Source of the DNA: Gemmatimonas sp.
GTDB lineage: Bacteria > Gemmatimonadota > Gemmatimonadetes > Gemmatimonadales > Gemmatimonadaceae
DNA: 64,000 bases
Assembly (NCBI GenBank): GCA_031414535.1
Contig: JANNVQ010000049.1
Coordinates: forward strand, 32,001-96,000
Reading direction: 5' to 3'
The notes under the pieces were generated by a model. It was not told the origin of the DNA. It was given only the letters and a program-made list of their open reading frames with translations, and did not search any database. Positions 53,973-64,000 of the stretch are shown here, piece by piece. Positions within the stretch are counted from its first letter, which is position 1. Each line of letters begins with the position of its first letter. The position numbers and the translations under genes are program-made.

Positions 53973-54601
53973 TACTTGGTGTCCTCCGGCGGAACATTCA
54001 ACACGGCTTCACGCAGGATCTCGCCGACCTTCACCGAGTCCGTGAGACCGCGGAGCAAAGGCTCCGGGTTGGTGAACTTCCACGGGCGCACGTGCGGGAA
54101 GAGCACAATCCACGCGAGCTTTTCCTTCTCCGTCAGCTGCACGGCGATCTGTCCCGTCTTGTCGGAGAATTGCCGAGCGCTGGCACTCTGCACGTAGCGC
54201 AACGGGAGATTCACAGTCATCGGGAAGATGACGCCGAAGTTGAGCACCAAGCGACGGTCGGTGATGGCATAGGTCGTGCCCTTGGCGATGGCGCGGGCAA
54301 ACAGCAGTGCCGATCCCACGACTCCACCGGAGAGCAGGAGCTGCGTCCCCAGCGTCACCCAGAAGCTGGTCGTGCCGGCCTGCGAGCCGTTCACTGCCAC
54401 CCACCACAACACCATCACGCTCAGGTATGCGCTGATGGGGCGTATATAGAACAGATGACGCGCGATTGCCCGCGCGTCTGGCGACCCTTCCCACAGCACA
54501 CGTTCGCCTGCGGGCAACGCTTCGTTCACGCCGCGGATGCGCGCGCGGGAGGATTCGCGCGCGACATCCAAGTCCCCGGGGGGGAGAACTGTGGCGGTCA
54601 T
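53972..54601 (-). CDS. puhB: Photosynthetic complex assembly protein PuhB
   Basis: LPAGERVLWEGSP, TTYAITDRR, LFPHVRPW. Confidence 0.9.
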   Translation of the reverse strand: MTATVLPPGDLDVARESSRARIRGVNEALPAGERVLWEGSPDARAIARHLFYIRPISAYLSVMVLWWVAVNGSQAGTTSFWVTLGTQLLLSGGVVGSALLFARAIAKGTTYAITDRRLVLNFGVIFPMTVNLPLRYVQSASARQFSDKTGQIAVQLTEKEKLAWIVLFPHVRPWKFTNPEPLLRGLTDSVKVGEILREAVLNVPPEDTK

Positions 54602-55143
54602 CAGATGATGGGTTCCGCGCGCGAGGCTGTCGCGTACAGATGACCACCGGCGTAGTAACCCATGATCTTGTCTTCCTCGAGCAGCGTGATGCTGTCATCG
54701 CGCTTGGTGACGGGCACATCAGCAAACTGCGCCGACGTGATGGCCTTCACGATGATGTGATCGTTGCCCCAGAGGCCGAAGTGCGGCCACTGCACCAGAG
54801 CCGTGGGCAGCAACTTGCGCGCGCCGCCGTTGGCCAGCTGCACTTCGTAGTAGCGCACCTGCGGCTCCGAACGGTCAACCCAGATGTCCACGACGGTTGC
54901 GGCGACGACGCCATCGGCCGCCTTCACCGGAAGTCCACGCGGATCGGGGTCGCCAGCGGCCACGGTGTAGCCCGGCGCGATACGCATCGGCACAATCTTC
55001 GCCTCACCGCGCGCGGTGAGATCGGGAACGTCCGCACGATTGGCGTAGGCCGCGGGACCGACGCCGTCCACCATCGGATTGCCCGTGGGAATCAACGGCG
55101 ATCCGTTGTAGTGGTCTACTGGCACTGCTTTAAGCTCGGACAT
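54601..55143 (-). CDS. puhA: Reaction-centre H subunit, cytoplasmic PRC-barrel part (Hc/H2)
   Basis: PTGNPMVDGVGPAAYA, DPRGLPV, DIWVDRSE, ITLLEEDKIMGYYAGG. Confidence 0.93.
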   Translation of the reverse strand: MSELKAVPVDHYNGSPLIPTGNPMVDGVGPAAYANRADVPDLTARGEAKIVPMRIAPGYTVAAGDPDPRGLPVKAADGVVAATVVDIWVDRSEPQVRYYEVQLANGGARKLLPTALVQWPHFGLWGNDHIIVKAITSAQFADVPVTKRDDSITLLEEDKIMGYYAGGHLYATASRAEPII

Positions 55144-55346
55144 TAGTGCGATCCTCCATCAGCGTGGTTCGTCACGTGCGGAAACTCCTTCTTGGGTGGC
55201 ACAGTCGGCCAACCCTCACGCTTGCCCTGCGGCGAATCGAGCGGATATCCCTCGCGCTTGTCCTCGCGGCGCAAGTAGAAAATCAACCCGAGGAAAAACG
55301 CCCAAAACGTATACAGGGCGATCTGTGCTCCATCGATGTACTCCAT
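55143..55346 (-). CDS. puhA: Reaction-centre H subunit, transmembrane part (Ht/H1)
   Basis: [47 protein letters not shown] overlap with the next ORF. Confidence 0.92.
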   Translation of the reverse strand: MEYIDGAQIALYTFWAFFLGLIFYLRREDKREGYPLDSPQGKREGWPTVPPKKEFPHVTNHADGGSH

Positions 55347-55408
55347 CGCTTCCCTCCCCCCGTTCAAGAAACCGTCATGAACCTACAAGACTGCTCGTAC
55401 ATCGCCGC

Positions 55409-55438
55409 TTCCATCATCCGTCATCCGTCATCCGTCCT
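55409..55438. repeat. GACGGAT-family repeat inside the photosynthesis cluster
   Basis: ttccatcatccgtcatccgtcatccgtcct, starting at the lhaA stop codon on the minus strand. Confidence 0.85.
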
Positions 55439-56885
55439 ATACTGGTAGCTCAGCCAGCCCAAACTCCTTCTCATTCTTTCGTGTAATTCCGCCGGAGCGG
55501 ACTAAGCGTACGAGTGGCCCCAACGCGATTAGCGCGATGAACAACAAGAACGTCTCGATGTGGTAGACCACGCTGTACGGCACACTCGGATCGGCCATTG
55601 GACCGGTCAAGCGTCCGTCCGCTGCGGCTTGGGTCAAGGCATCACGAATCAATCCCGCGCAGGCCATCGAGAGCCCCTCGCTCGTGGCGAAGACCGCGCC
55701 CCACGCGCCTAGCGCTATGCCGTGTTGCGTGGCATCGCGGATGCCCATCGCCGTGCTGAGGGTGCCGACCGCGAACAGGCCCTCCCCCATGCCCATTAAG
55801 AACGAACCGCTGATGAAGAGGCCCGAGGATTGCAGAGGCGCCGCGAAGATGACGGCCGCGAAACTCACCACGCCAATCGCCACGCCCACCGCAGCCACCC
55901 GCACCGGATCGCTACCGCGTTCCAACATCCGCGCGGCAAGAATAAACGCCAGCAGGCCGCCCGCCGCCGCGATGCCCGTGAGCGTCGTCGTCTGCCCCAC
56001 GCTCCAACGCAGGATCTCGCCACCATATGGCTCGAGCAGCACGTCCTGCATGTTGAATGCAAAGAAGCCGATGCCCGTCGCCACCAAGAGTCGCACCGCG
56101 TGCCCACCCGCGACGAACGTTTGCCACGCCTCACGGAATTTCGGCTGACGGACGTCCGCGCCGTAGACGAGCGTGGAGGGCCCACGCGGTTCCTGCTTCC
56201 ATAGTGCCACGAAGTTGCAGACAATCGTGAACACCGCAGCGCCCTGAATCACTTGAATCAGGCGCATCGGGTTGAAGTCGCGTAGCAAGGTGCCGAGCAG
56301 TACGGCACTGATGACCGCACCAAGTAGCATCATTACGTACATGAGCGCGACGACGCGCGGCCGCTTAGCCTCATCCGCGAGATCTGTGGCCAAGGCTAGT
56401 CCACTCGTCTGCACCGTATGCGCGCCGGCACCCACCAGGAAGAACGCCAGCGCTGCGCCAAAGTACGGAGCCCAAGCCGGACCTGAGGCCTGTTCCCCCG
56501 ACAGCAGCAGCAGCGCAAACGGCATAATGGCGAGGCCACCGAACTGCATGAACGAGCCAACATAGATGAATGGAACCCGCTTCCATCCCCAGTAGCTCCG
56601 GTGCGTATCTGACTTGAAGCCGATCAGTGCTCGGAACGGCGCCACGAGCAGCGGAATCGCAATCATCACGGCCACGACGAACGACGGCACCTTCAGCTCA
56701 ACAATCATTACGCGGTTCAGCGTGCCGTAAAACAGTGTCGTCGCCATGCCCACTGTCAGCTGAAATAGGCTCAGCCGCAGGAACCGCGACAGCGGAACGT
56801 CCGCGGTCGCGATGTCCGCGAATGGCATGAACCGCGGACCCAACTGCTGAAAGGTCCGCGTCATAATGGACGGCGACTTGCTCAT
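55437..56885 (-). CDS. lhaA: PucC/LhaA (BCD-family MFS) light-harvesting assembly protein
   Basis: LRLSLFQ, GTLNRVMIVEL, APFRALIGFKSDTHRS, MQDVLLEPYGG, GAWGAV; upstream of puhA. Confidence 0.9.
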   Translation of the reverse strand: MSKSPSIMTRTFQQLGPRFMPFADIATADVPLSRFLRLSLFQLTVGMATTLFYGTLNRVMIVELKVPSFVVAVMIAIPLLVAPFRALIGFKSDTHRSYWGWKRVPFIYVGSFMQFGGLAIMPFALLLLSGEQASGPAWAPYFGAALAFFLVGAGAHTVQTSGLALATDLADEAKRPRVVALMYVMMLLGAVISAVLLGTLLRDFNPMRLIQVIQGAAVFTIVCNFVALWKQEPRGPSTLVYGADVRQPKFREAWQTFVAGGHAVRLLVATGIGFFAFNMQDVLLEPYGGEILRWSVGQTTTLTGIAAAGGLLAFILAARMLERGSDPVRVAAVGVAIGVVSFAAVIFAAPLQSSGLFISGSFLMGMGEGLFAVGTLSTAMGIRDATQHGIALGAWGAVFATSEGLSMACAGLIRDALTQAAADGRLTGPMADPSVPYSVVYHIETFLLFIALIALGPLVRLVRSGGITRKNEKEFGLAELPV

Positions 56886-56889
56886 TGCC

Positions 56890-57966
56890 TCACCACACCG
56901 GCTCAAGACGGAAGTTGGCTGGCAATGGCTTGTGCACGGCCGGCAGCATATACAGCCGCAGGAACGTCACACCATTGCTCAACTTGGCGCCAAACGAACT
57001 CAGCGCACCGCCGATGCCACCGGCCTTCTGCGCCTTCTCGATGGTCAACATGTTCTGATGCATCTTCTCAAGCAGGGCCCAGAACTGCGGGTTCTCAGTG
57101 TCAATCGTCACCGGGAAGCACTGCTGGCTGATCTCGTTAGTGAGCTTGATGACCTTACGATCAAAGTCATCCACGTCAAAACCGAGCGCGTGGAAGAAGG
57201 TCGTCCGCGCGTGATCGCGCACGTACATCGTGGCGAACACGGCCAAGAGGAAGAAGCGAATCCATAGCTTGTTGCCACCCTGCAAGAACTGCGGGTTGGC
57301 ACGCATCAACACGGCAAAGGCCTCGCCGTGCCTGAACTCGTCGTTGCACCACTCCTGGAACCACTTGAAAATGGGGTGGAACCGGAACTCCGGGTGCTTC
57401 TCAAGCTGACGGAAAATCGTGATATAGCGCGCGTAGCCAATCTTCTCAGAGAGGTACGTGGCGTAGTAGATGTACTTGGGCTTGAAGTAGGTGTACTTCT
57501 TGGCCCGCGTGAGGAACGAGAGGTCCACGGCCACGTTGAAGTCAGCCAACGTGTGGTTGATAAACCCCGCGTGCCGGCCCTCATCGCGGCTCATGAAGCC
57601 AAACAGGTCGCGGATGTCCTTGTTCTTCACGCGCTTCTTGATCTCGGCGTACAGGATGCAGCCCGAGAACTCGGCCGTCACTGAACTGACGAGGAACTCG
57701 ACGAACGCCTTCTGGAGCGTCGGATCCCAACCCGTCCAGTCGAGATTCTCAAACTCAGGCGTGCGCTTGAAGTGGTTCTTATTTGGGTCGCGACGGAACT
57801 CGTCCACCAAGTCGTCCCAATCCTTACGGAGGGGCGAGACATCGAGGCGGTCCATCTCGGCAAAGTCCGTCGTGTAAAAACGCGGATTCAGGACGGCGTC
57901 GTCCGTGGCGGCCTTAGTAGACTCGTTCACGTCCTTCATCGGAGGCTTCATCGTGGCTTCGTACAT
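56890..57966 (-). CDS. acsF: O2-dependent Mg-protoporphyrin IX monomethyl ester cyclase
   Basis: PRFYTTDF, TAEFSGC, RDEGRHAGF, YLSEKIGYARY, WCNDEFRHG di-iron motifs. Confidence 0.97.
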   Translation of the reverse strand: MYEATMKPPMKDVNESTKAATDDAVLNPRFYTTDFAEMDRLDVSPLRKDWDDLVDEFRRDPNKNHFKRTPEFENLDWTGWDPTLQKAFVEFLVSSVTAEFSGCILYAEIKKRVKNKDIRDLFGFMSRDEGRHAGFINHTLADFNVAVDLSFLTRAKKYTYFKPKYIYYATYLSEKIGYARYITIFRQLEKHPEFRFHPIFKWFQEWCNDEFRHGEAFAVLMRANPQFLQGGNKLWIRFFLLAVFATMYVRDHARTTFFHALGFDVDDFDRKVIKLTNEISQQCFPVTIDTENPQFWALLEKMHQNMLTIEKAQKAGGIGGALSSFGAKLSNGVTFLRLYMLPAVHKPLPANFRLEPVW

Positions 57967-57968
57967 GA

Positions 57969-58298
57969 TTAGCCCTCGAATCCGACTTCGTAGAGTTCGG
58001 TGATGCCGCTGGTGCCAAGCGTGCGCACCAAAAAGCGGCGCGGCCAGCTGGCCTGCTTCACCGTTGCCGTGGAGTCCACAACAATCTTCTCCACCAAGCC
58101 CACTCGGGTCGGCGAGTTGTGCACGAGCACCTCGTCGCCTTCGTGCACGTCGTAGCCCTTCAGCTCGACATGCGCATGCAGGTGCGTGGGGTTGCTCTCG
58201 AGGTCAATCGTGCACGGCACGACGCGAGTCCTCCGGTACAGCATCCAGACGCCGAGTACCGCAGCGGCCAGCGTGGTCCATATCCAAACGTTCGTCAC
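57969..58298 (-). CDS. bciE: BciE-like cyclase accessory protein with N-terminal TM helix
   Basis: VPCTI...HLHAHVEL...VHEGDEVLVH...ATVKQAS...ELYEVGF, recalled as similar to Rhodobacter BciE; directly upstream of acsF. Confidence 0.72.
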   Translation of the reverse strand: MTNVWIWTTLAAAVLGVWMLYRRTRVVPCTIDLESNPTHLHAHVELKGYDVHEGDEVLVHNSPTRVGLVEKIVVDSTATVKQASWPRRFLVRTLGTSGITELYEVGFEG

Positions 58299-59043
58299 GC
58301 AATCCTCCGGGGGGTGTACTGCAGTTCCATCACCTGCGAAGTATAAAACGAACTCTTCACTCGCTCGCTACGGGCAGAGGTCCAGTCCGGGAGCGCGTGT
58401 TGCAGCGAAGCCCGAAGGGCGCGCTCTGCCGTCGGTACAATGCGCGGCGCACGGTCGCGGCTGGGAATCAGCTTACCCACCGCGTGCAGCGTGGCGAGCA
58501 AGGGTGTGCGCGGGGCGAACGTGAAGACGAACCCCGTGCCCACACGGGGCGCCAGTGCGCTTACCGCTGAGACGGCGTCTGCAAGCTCGTAGTGAATCAG
58601 AGAATCCATTGCGAACACAAAATCAAATGTGCCAAGCGACGAGTCGAGCATGTCGCCGAAGCGGAAATCGATGCTGCCGCGCAAGTTCGACTGGGCCGAT
58701 CGCTGCCGCGCCACGTCTACGAGTGTCGGTGAGAGGTCAATGGCGACGACCGCCGCACCACGACGCGCGAGCTCAATTGCGGCGGCACCTGTTCCGCAGC
58801 CAGCGTCCAACACCCGCGCGCCCGAAAGATTCGTCGGCAACCACGAGAGCATCAGCCCGCGCATGCGGTCGCGGCCGGCGCGCACCGTGGCGCGCACACC
58901 ACTCACCGGCGCGTCCGAGGTGAGGGTTTCCCACGACTTCGCCGCGGTCCGATCAAAATACTCGTGTAGCCAGGCACGCGTCTTCGCGTAACCTCCGCTG
59001 CCAGAGATCTCGTCGGTCTGCGTTGGCGTTGAAGGCAGCGTCA

Positions 59044-59044
<1 letters not shown>
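58295..59044 (-). CDS. bchM: Mg-protoporphyrin IX O-methyltransferase
   Basis: YFDRTA, VRATVRAGRD, VLDAGCGTG, AMDSLIHY, FTFAPRTP. Confidence 0.95.
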
Positions 59045-60024
<980 letters not shown>

Positions 60025-63000
60025 CTACGCTACCGCGCTGACGCCCTCGAGCCGGTCTTCCAATTCCTCCGCAGCATCACGCAGCGCCGCGAGCATCTCC
60101 TCGCTTGGCTGCCAATAACCACGGTCATGCGCTTCCATCAGGCGCTGCGCCATACCCGACGCCGCGTTGGGGTTTGCCTTAGCCAACCGTTCACGCATCT
60201 CAGGGTCGAGCATGAAAGTGCTCGTGATGTCGGTGTACACCCACTGCGGGACGTTGCCCGCCGTGGCTGACCAGCCCAGCGTTGTGGACACCTTACCCGC
60301 GATGTTGCGCGCACCTTCATAGCCCTGCTTGAGCTGCTCTTCGTACCACTTCGGGTTGAGCATACGAGTGCGCGTTTCGAGCGCCACCTGCTCGCTCAGC
60401 GTCCGCACCTTGCCGTCCTTGCCTGTGCTGTCGCCGAGGTAGACCGGCACCTCAGCGCCCTTGGCGCGCGTAATCACGCGGTTCATACCACCGAGTGATT
60501 CCACATACTGGTCAATGTCCGTAGCGCCGAGTTCCACAGAATCGAGATTTTGGAAGGCAATATCTGCGCCTCCTAGCGCCCGCTGCATCAGCGCTGGCAT
60601 CGCCTTGGCGCCCGGCTTCACACCGTACGCAAAGCTCTTGCGCTGCACAAACTGCTCGGCGAGCTCGTCCTCTTTTTCCCACTGCCCAGTATCCACGAGC
60701 AGATTCACATTCGAGCCGTACGCGCCATCTGCATTGGAGAACACGCGCAGCGCGGCGCTCTCAAAGTCGCAGTTGAACGCCGCTTGATGGTCGAGCGTGT
60801 GCTTGCGAATGAAGTTCATCTCTAGCGGCTCGTCGGCCTGCGCAGCGAGCAACGCGGCTTCGGCGATGAGCTTGACCTGCAGCGGCAGCAAGTCGCGGAA
60901 GATGCCGGACAGCGTGCAGACCACGTCAATGCGCGGACGGCCCAACGCTTCGAGTGGCACCAAGCGCGCACCAGCCAAACGACCCACCGCGTCAAAGCGC
61001 GGCACGGCACCCATCAGCGCCAGTACCTGCGCAATCGGTGCGCCCTCAGACTTCATGTTGTCCGTGCCCCAGAGCACGAAGGCGATGGTCTCGGGGAACG
61101 AGTTGCCGTCGGCCAGGTGACGCGCGAGCAGCACATCAGCGCGCTTGCGACCATCAATCAACGCGTACGCGCTCGGGACCTTGTAGGGATCAAAACCGTA
61201 GAGGTTGCGGCCCGTGGGCACGACCTTCGGCGTCCGTACGATATCACCACCGGGAGCCGGTGGCACATAGCGCGCATCAAGGGCGCGGAGGATTCCCGGA
61301 ATCTCGTAGTCTTCAGCAAGCAGGCGATCGAACTCGCGTACTTCGCTGTCCGACATCGGCTCGGGCAAGGACGTCTGAATTGCGTCAATCGTGCTCTTGC
61401 GCGCGGCCTCAGGCATTCCTTCGCCGACGATGTGCAGGCCCATCGGAATCAGCGAGTACTCTAGCTCGAGCAGGCGGGCGCGTACTTCGCCCACGCGCTC
61501 GTTGGTGTCCCCATTCCACTTGGGATCGGGCTTGCAGAGGTCTAGGGCCACGGCCTGATCCTGGAGCATCGCCGCGAGCTCGTGGTCTGGATCGTCCTGA
61601 CCTCGGAACGAATCGAGCGCCCCCTTGAGCGCCGCCAAGTCCTTATAGAGACCGGCCTGCGCAATTGGTGGCGTGAGATACGAAATCAGTGCCGCGCCAC
61701 CACGCCGCTTGGCCAGCGTACCTTCGGACGAGTTGTTCGATGCGTACAGATACACATTCGGCATGTCGCTGATCAACCGCTCAGGCCAGCACTGGTCGGT
61801 GAGACCCACCTGCTTGCCGGGCATGAACTCCAGCGCGCCGTGCGTACCAAAGTGCAGCACCACATCTGTCTCAAACTCGTCGCGCATCCATCTATAGAAG
61901 GCACAGAAGGCATGCGTCGGCGCAAAGTTGCCCTGGAAGAGCAAGCGCATTGGGTCGCCTTCCCAGCCGAACGCCGGCTGCACGCCCACAAACACATTGC
62001 CAAACCGCTCGCCCATAATGAACAGGCTGCGGCCATCGGTGAGCTGGCGGCCCGGTGCCGGACCCCACACCGCTTCAAGTTCCTTGAGATGCGGCTCGCT
62101 ACGCACATATGAGTCCACGCTGAGCTTGGCGTGCACGTTGGCTGGCGCGCCAGTTGCTGTCGCGTTGCCCTCAGTGACCGCGATGCGCAGCGCGTCTACG
62201 CTCTCTGGCACATCAACGGTGTAACCTTCGCGCGCCATCGCCTGGAGCACATTGTATAGCGACTGGAACACTGCGATATACGCCGCGCTGCCCGTGTTGC
62301 CCGCATTGGGCGGGAAGTTGAACAACACAATGCTCACCTTGCGCTTGCTGCGTTCGGTACGCTTAAGACGCACCAACTTGGCAACGCGATCCGCGAGCAC
62401 TTCGACGCGTGTTTCAATCGGCATTGACGCCGAGGCCATGCCTTCGGTGGGCTCACCCTTGCCGCCAAACACCATCGGGTTGATGGCACCGTCGAGTTCG
62501 GGGATCGCAACCTGCAACGTCGCCTGCAACGCATTGAGACCGCGCGGATCCCGCTCCCACTCGGCCACCGTCTGGAACTCCAGAGTCTGCAGCGAGATGT
62601 ACGGCACGTCGAGCGCCGTGAGCACAGCCTGCGCGGCATCGGCGTCGTTGTAGGCCGGACCACCCACCAGCGAGAAGCCGGTCAGCGAGACCATCGCATC
62701 AATGGTCGCCTTGGTCTGGCCGCGCAACTGCAGCTTGGGGTCGCAGAAGTAATTCAGAATCGCCGCGCGCGCATCGAGGCCCGACGCATACGCCGCCACC
62801 ACCGACAATCCGCGCGATTCCAGTTTGCGAATCACGGCATCGTAGTGTGCGGTGTTGCCGGCCAGGAGGTACGAGCGCCCCACCAGCACGCCCACGCGAC
62901 CCTTCTTGCCCTTGGACGGCAGCTTGTTCACGTCCTCGGTGATGCCGCGTCCGGCGAGATCAGGGTGATAGCAGCCGACATCCGGAAACTCTTCCGGCTC

Positions 63001-63657
63001 GGCGATCTCCAGCGTGCCCTTCAACACCGCACGCGGGCCAGCCGCATACCGGTTGATGAGCATCTTTACCATGTTCGCGAGATTGGTGTCAGACCCCGCG
63101 AGCCAGTACTGCATCGCCAAGAACCAGCTGCGCACATCCTGCGCCGCACCTGGAATAAACTTGAGCAGCTTGGGCAGTTTACGCAGCACGCTCAGCTGGC
63201 GCTCGCCCGCTGACTTACCATCCTCGCGAGTGCCGCGAAGCTTCTTCAGCAGGTTGAGCGGCGACCACGGCGAGGGCGAACGATCTTCCTCGGTCATCGA
63301 GTACTTGCCCAGGCGCGTGAGCTTCACCACTTCGTTCACGCAGAGCATCGCACAGACAGCGTCGCAGTCTTTACGGCGTGCGGCCATCGCGTCCTTCACC
63401 GGGCCAGCCGACTCCTCGGTGAAGAGCTGTCCCGCAATGATGATGTCGGCCGCCGCGATATCAGCGCGGGCCTTGTCGGCGAGCTTGGGATCGGAGTTGT
63501 AGTCCGCCGAGACGTGCATGGTGAGCGTCAGTCCCGGCAGCTCCTTCGCCAAGATCGCCCGAGCGCGAGCAAACGCATCAGCGAAGTGCGCATCCAGCGT
63601 CACAATCGTGACGCGGATGGGCACCGCCGCTGCTGGCGCTGAGCGCTTACTTGCCAT
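60025..63657 (-). CDS. bchH: Magnesium chelatase subunit H
   Basis: [57 protein letters not shown]. Confidence 0.96.
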   Translation of the reverse strand: MASKRSAPAAAVPIRVTIVTLDAHFADAFARARAILAKELPGLTLTMHVSADYNSDPKLADKARADIAAADIIIAGQLFTEESAGPVKDAMAARRKDCDAVCAMLCVNEVVKLTRLGKYSMTEEDRSPSPWSPLNLLKKLRGTREDGKSAGERQLSVLRKLPKLLKFIPGAAQDVRSWFLAMQYWLAGSDTNLANMVKMLINRYAAGPRAVLKGTLEIAEPEEFPDVGCYHPDLAGRGITEDVNKLPSKGKKGRVGVLVGRSYLLAGNTAHYDAVIRKLESRGLSVVAAYASGLDARAAILNYFCDPKLQLRGQTKATIDAMVSLTGFSLVGGPAYNDADAAQAVLTALDVPYISLQTLEFQTVAEWERDPRGLNALQATLQVAIPELDGAINPMVFGGKGEPTEGMASASMPIETRVEVLADRVAKLVRLKRTERSKRKVSIVLFNFPPNAGNTGSAAYIAVFQSLYNVLQAMAREGYTVDVPESVDALRIAVTEGNATATGAPANVHAKLSVDSYVRSEPHLKELEAVWGPAPGRQLTDGRSLFIMGERFGNVFVGVQPAFGWEGDPMRLLFQGNFAPTHAFCAFYRWMRDEFETDVVLHFGTHGALEFMPGKQVGLTDQCWPERLISDMPNVYLYASNNSSEGTLAKRRGGAALISYLTPPIAQAGLYKDLAALKGALDSFRGQDDPDHELAAMLQDQAVALDLCKPDPKWNGDTNERVGEVRARLLELEYSLIPMGLHIVGEGMPEAARKSTIDAIQTSLPEPMSDSEVREFDRLLAEDYEIPGILRALDARYVPPAPGGDIVRTPKVVPTGRNLYGFDPYKVPSAYALIDGRKRADVLLARHLADGNSFPETIAFVLWGTDNMKSEGAPIAQVLALMGAVPRFDAVGRLAGARLVPLEALGRPRIDVVCTLSGIFRDLLPLQVKLIAEAALLAAQADEPLEMNFIRKHTLDHQAAFNCDFESAALRVFSNADGAYGSNVNLLVDTGQWEKEDELAEQFVQRKSFAYGVKPGAKAMPALMQRALGGADIAFQNLDSVELGATDIDQYVESLGGMNRVITRAKGAEVPVYLGDSTGKDGKVRTLSEQVALETRTRMLNPKWYEEQLKQGYEGARNIAGKVSTTLGWSATAGNVPQWVYTDITSTFMLDPEMRERLAKANPNAASGMAQRLMEAHDRGYWQPSEEMLAALRDAAEELEDRLEGVSAVA

Positions 63658-64000
63658 AGTGCGCCTTGGCCTCGTAGAGCGTCTCCACAGAGATGTCGCG
63701 AATGCCCATCTCGACGGCAAATCGCTCGGTGTTCAAGCGCGCCTTCTTGCGTACGAAGAACGGAATCTTCTTGAGTTCCTTCTCACCGTCTGCCGTCCAC
63801 ATTGGTACGCCAACTGGCCCAGCAGGCGGAGGCGCACTCGGTCCGTCAACCTCGTCTGACGCCGTGGCCGCTCCCGCTGCCAGGAACATCGGCTCAAGCT
63901 CTGGGGCGAGAGATGGCTCCGCTGCAACCTCTTCTTCAGCACGTCGCGCCGGCGCCTTCCCCAAATGCGAACTCACTTCGCCGAACTCAAAGTCTTCGCG
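63647..64000 (-). CDS. bchB: DPOR subunit B, 3' end only
   Basis: C-terminal PCP_red domain [28 protein letters not shown]...TLYEAKAHY, overlapping the bchH start. Confidence 0.9.
   Translation of the reverse strand, partial: REDFEFGEVSSHLGKAPARRAEEEVAAEPSLAPELEPMFLAAGAATASDEVDGPSAPPPAGPVGVPMWTADGEKELKKIPFFVRKKARLNTERFAVEMGIRDISVETLYEAKAHYGK

Noticed and set aside
54601..55346. puhA as a frameshifted pseudogene
   Set aside because: Clean TAATG coupling, intact motifs in both parts, and a known split H subunit in Gemmatimonas.

Overview
High-GC bacterial DNA that by gene content and order most likely comes from a phototrophic Gemmatimonadota (Gemmatimonas-like) genome. The window is bracketed by two convergent parts of a photosynthesis gene cluster. 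On the + strand are bchI-bchD-puhE (1-3561). On the - strand are bchB(3' end)-bchH-bchL-bchM-bciE-like-acsF-lhaA-split puhA-puhB-puhC (53463-64000). The ~50 kb between them holds ordinary host genes (a persulfide-detox operon, Cu chaperones, glycoside hydrolases, peptidases, an lva-like acyl-CoA module) and three accessory blocks. Block 1 (~16.0-23.6 kb) has TA pairs, a Fic protein and a two-gene candidate defence module (HP0729-like protein with a HEPN motif plus a DUF2779 Cas4-like nuclease). Block 2 (~25.2-35.5 kb) is a lower-GC 7-gene island: nuclease-DUF2075 helicase, Z1 helicase, DUF4420 PD-(D/E)XK protein, GHKL/MORC-like ATPase, two unknown proteins and a 5mC methyltransferase. It looks like an Mza-related but distinct restriction-like defence system and is followed by an intact IS256 with an 8-bp target duplication. 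Block 3 (39.3-42.9 kb) is a second TA array. Non-coding signals include several families of tandem-oligomer hairpin repeats, many promoters that appear leaderless, several operators, and a mirror-symmetric G/T versus C/A skew in host genes flanking the accessory blocks. All family calls are by eye from motifs; no database searches were run.
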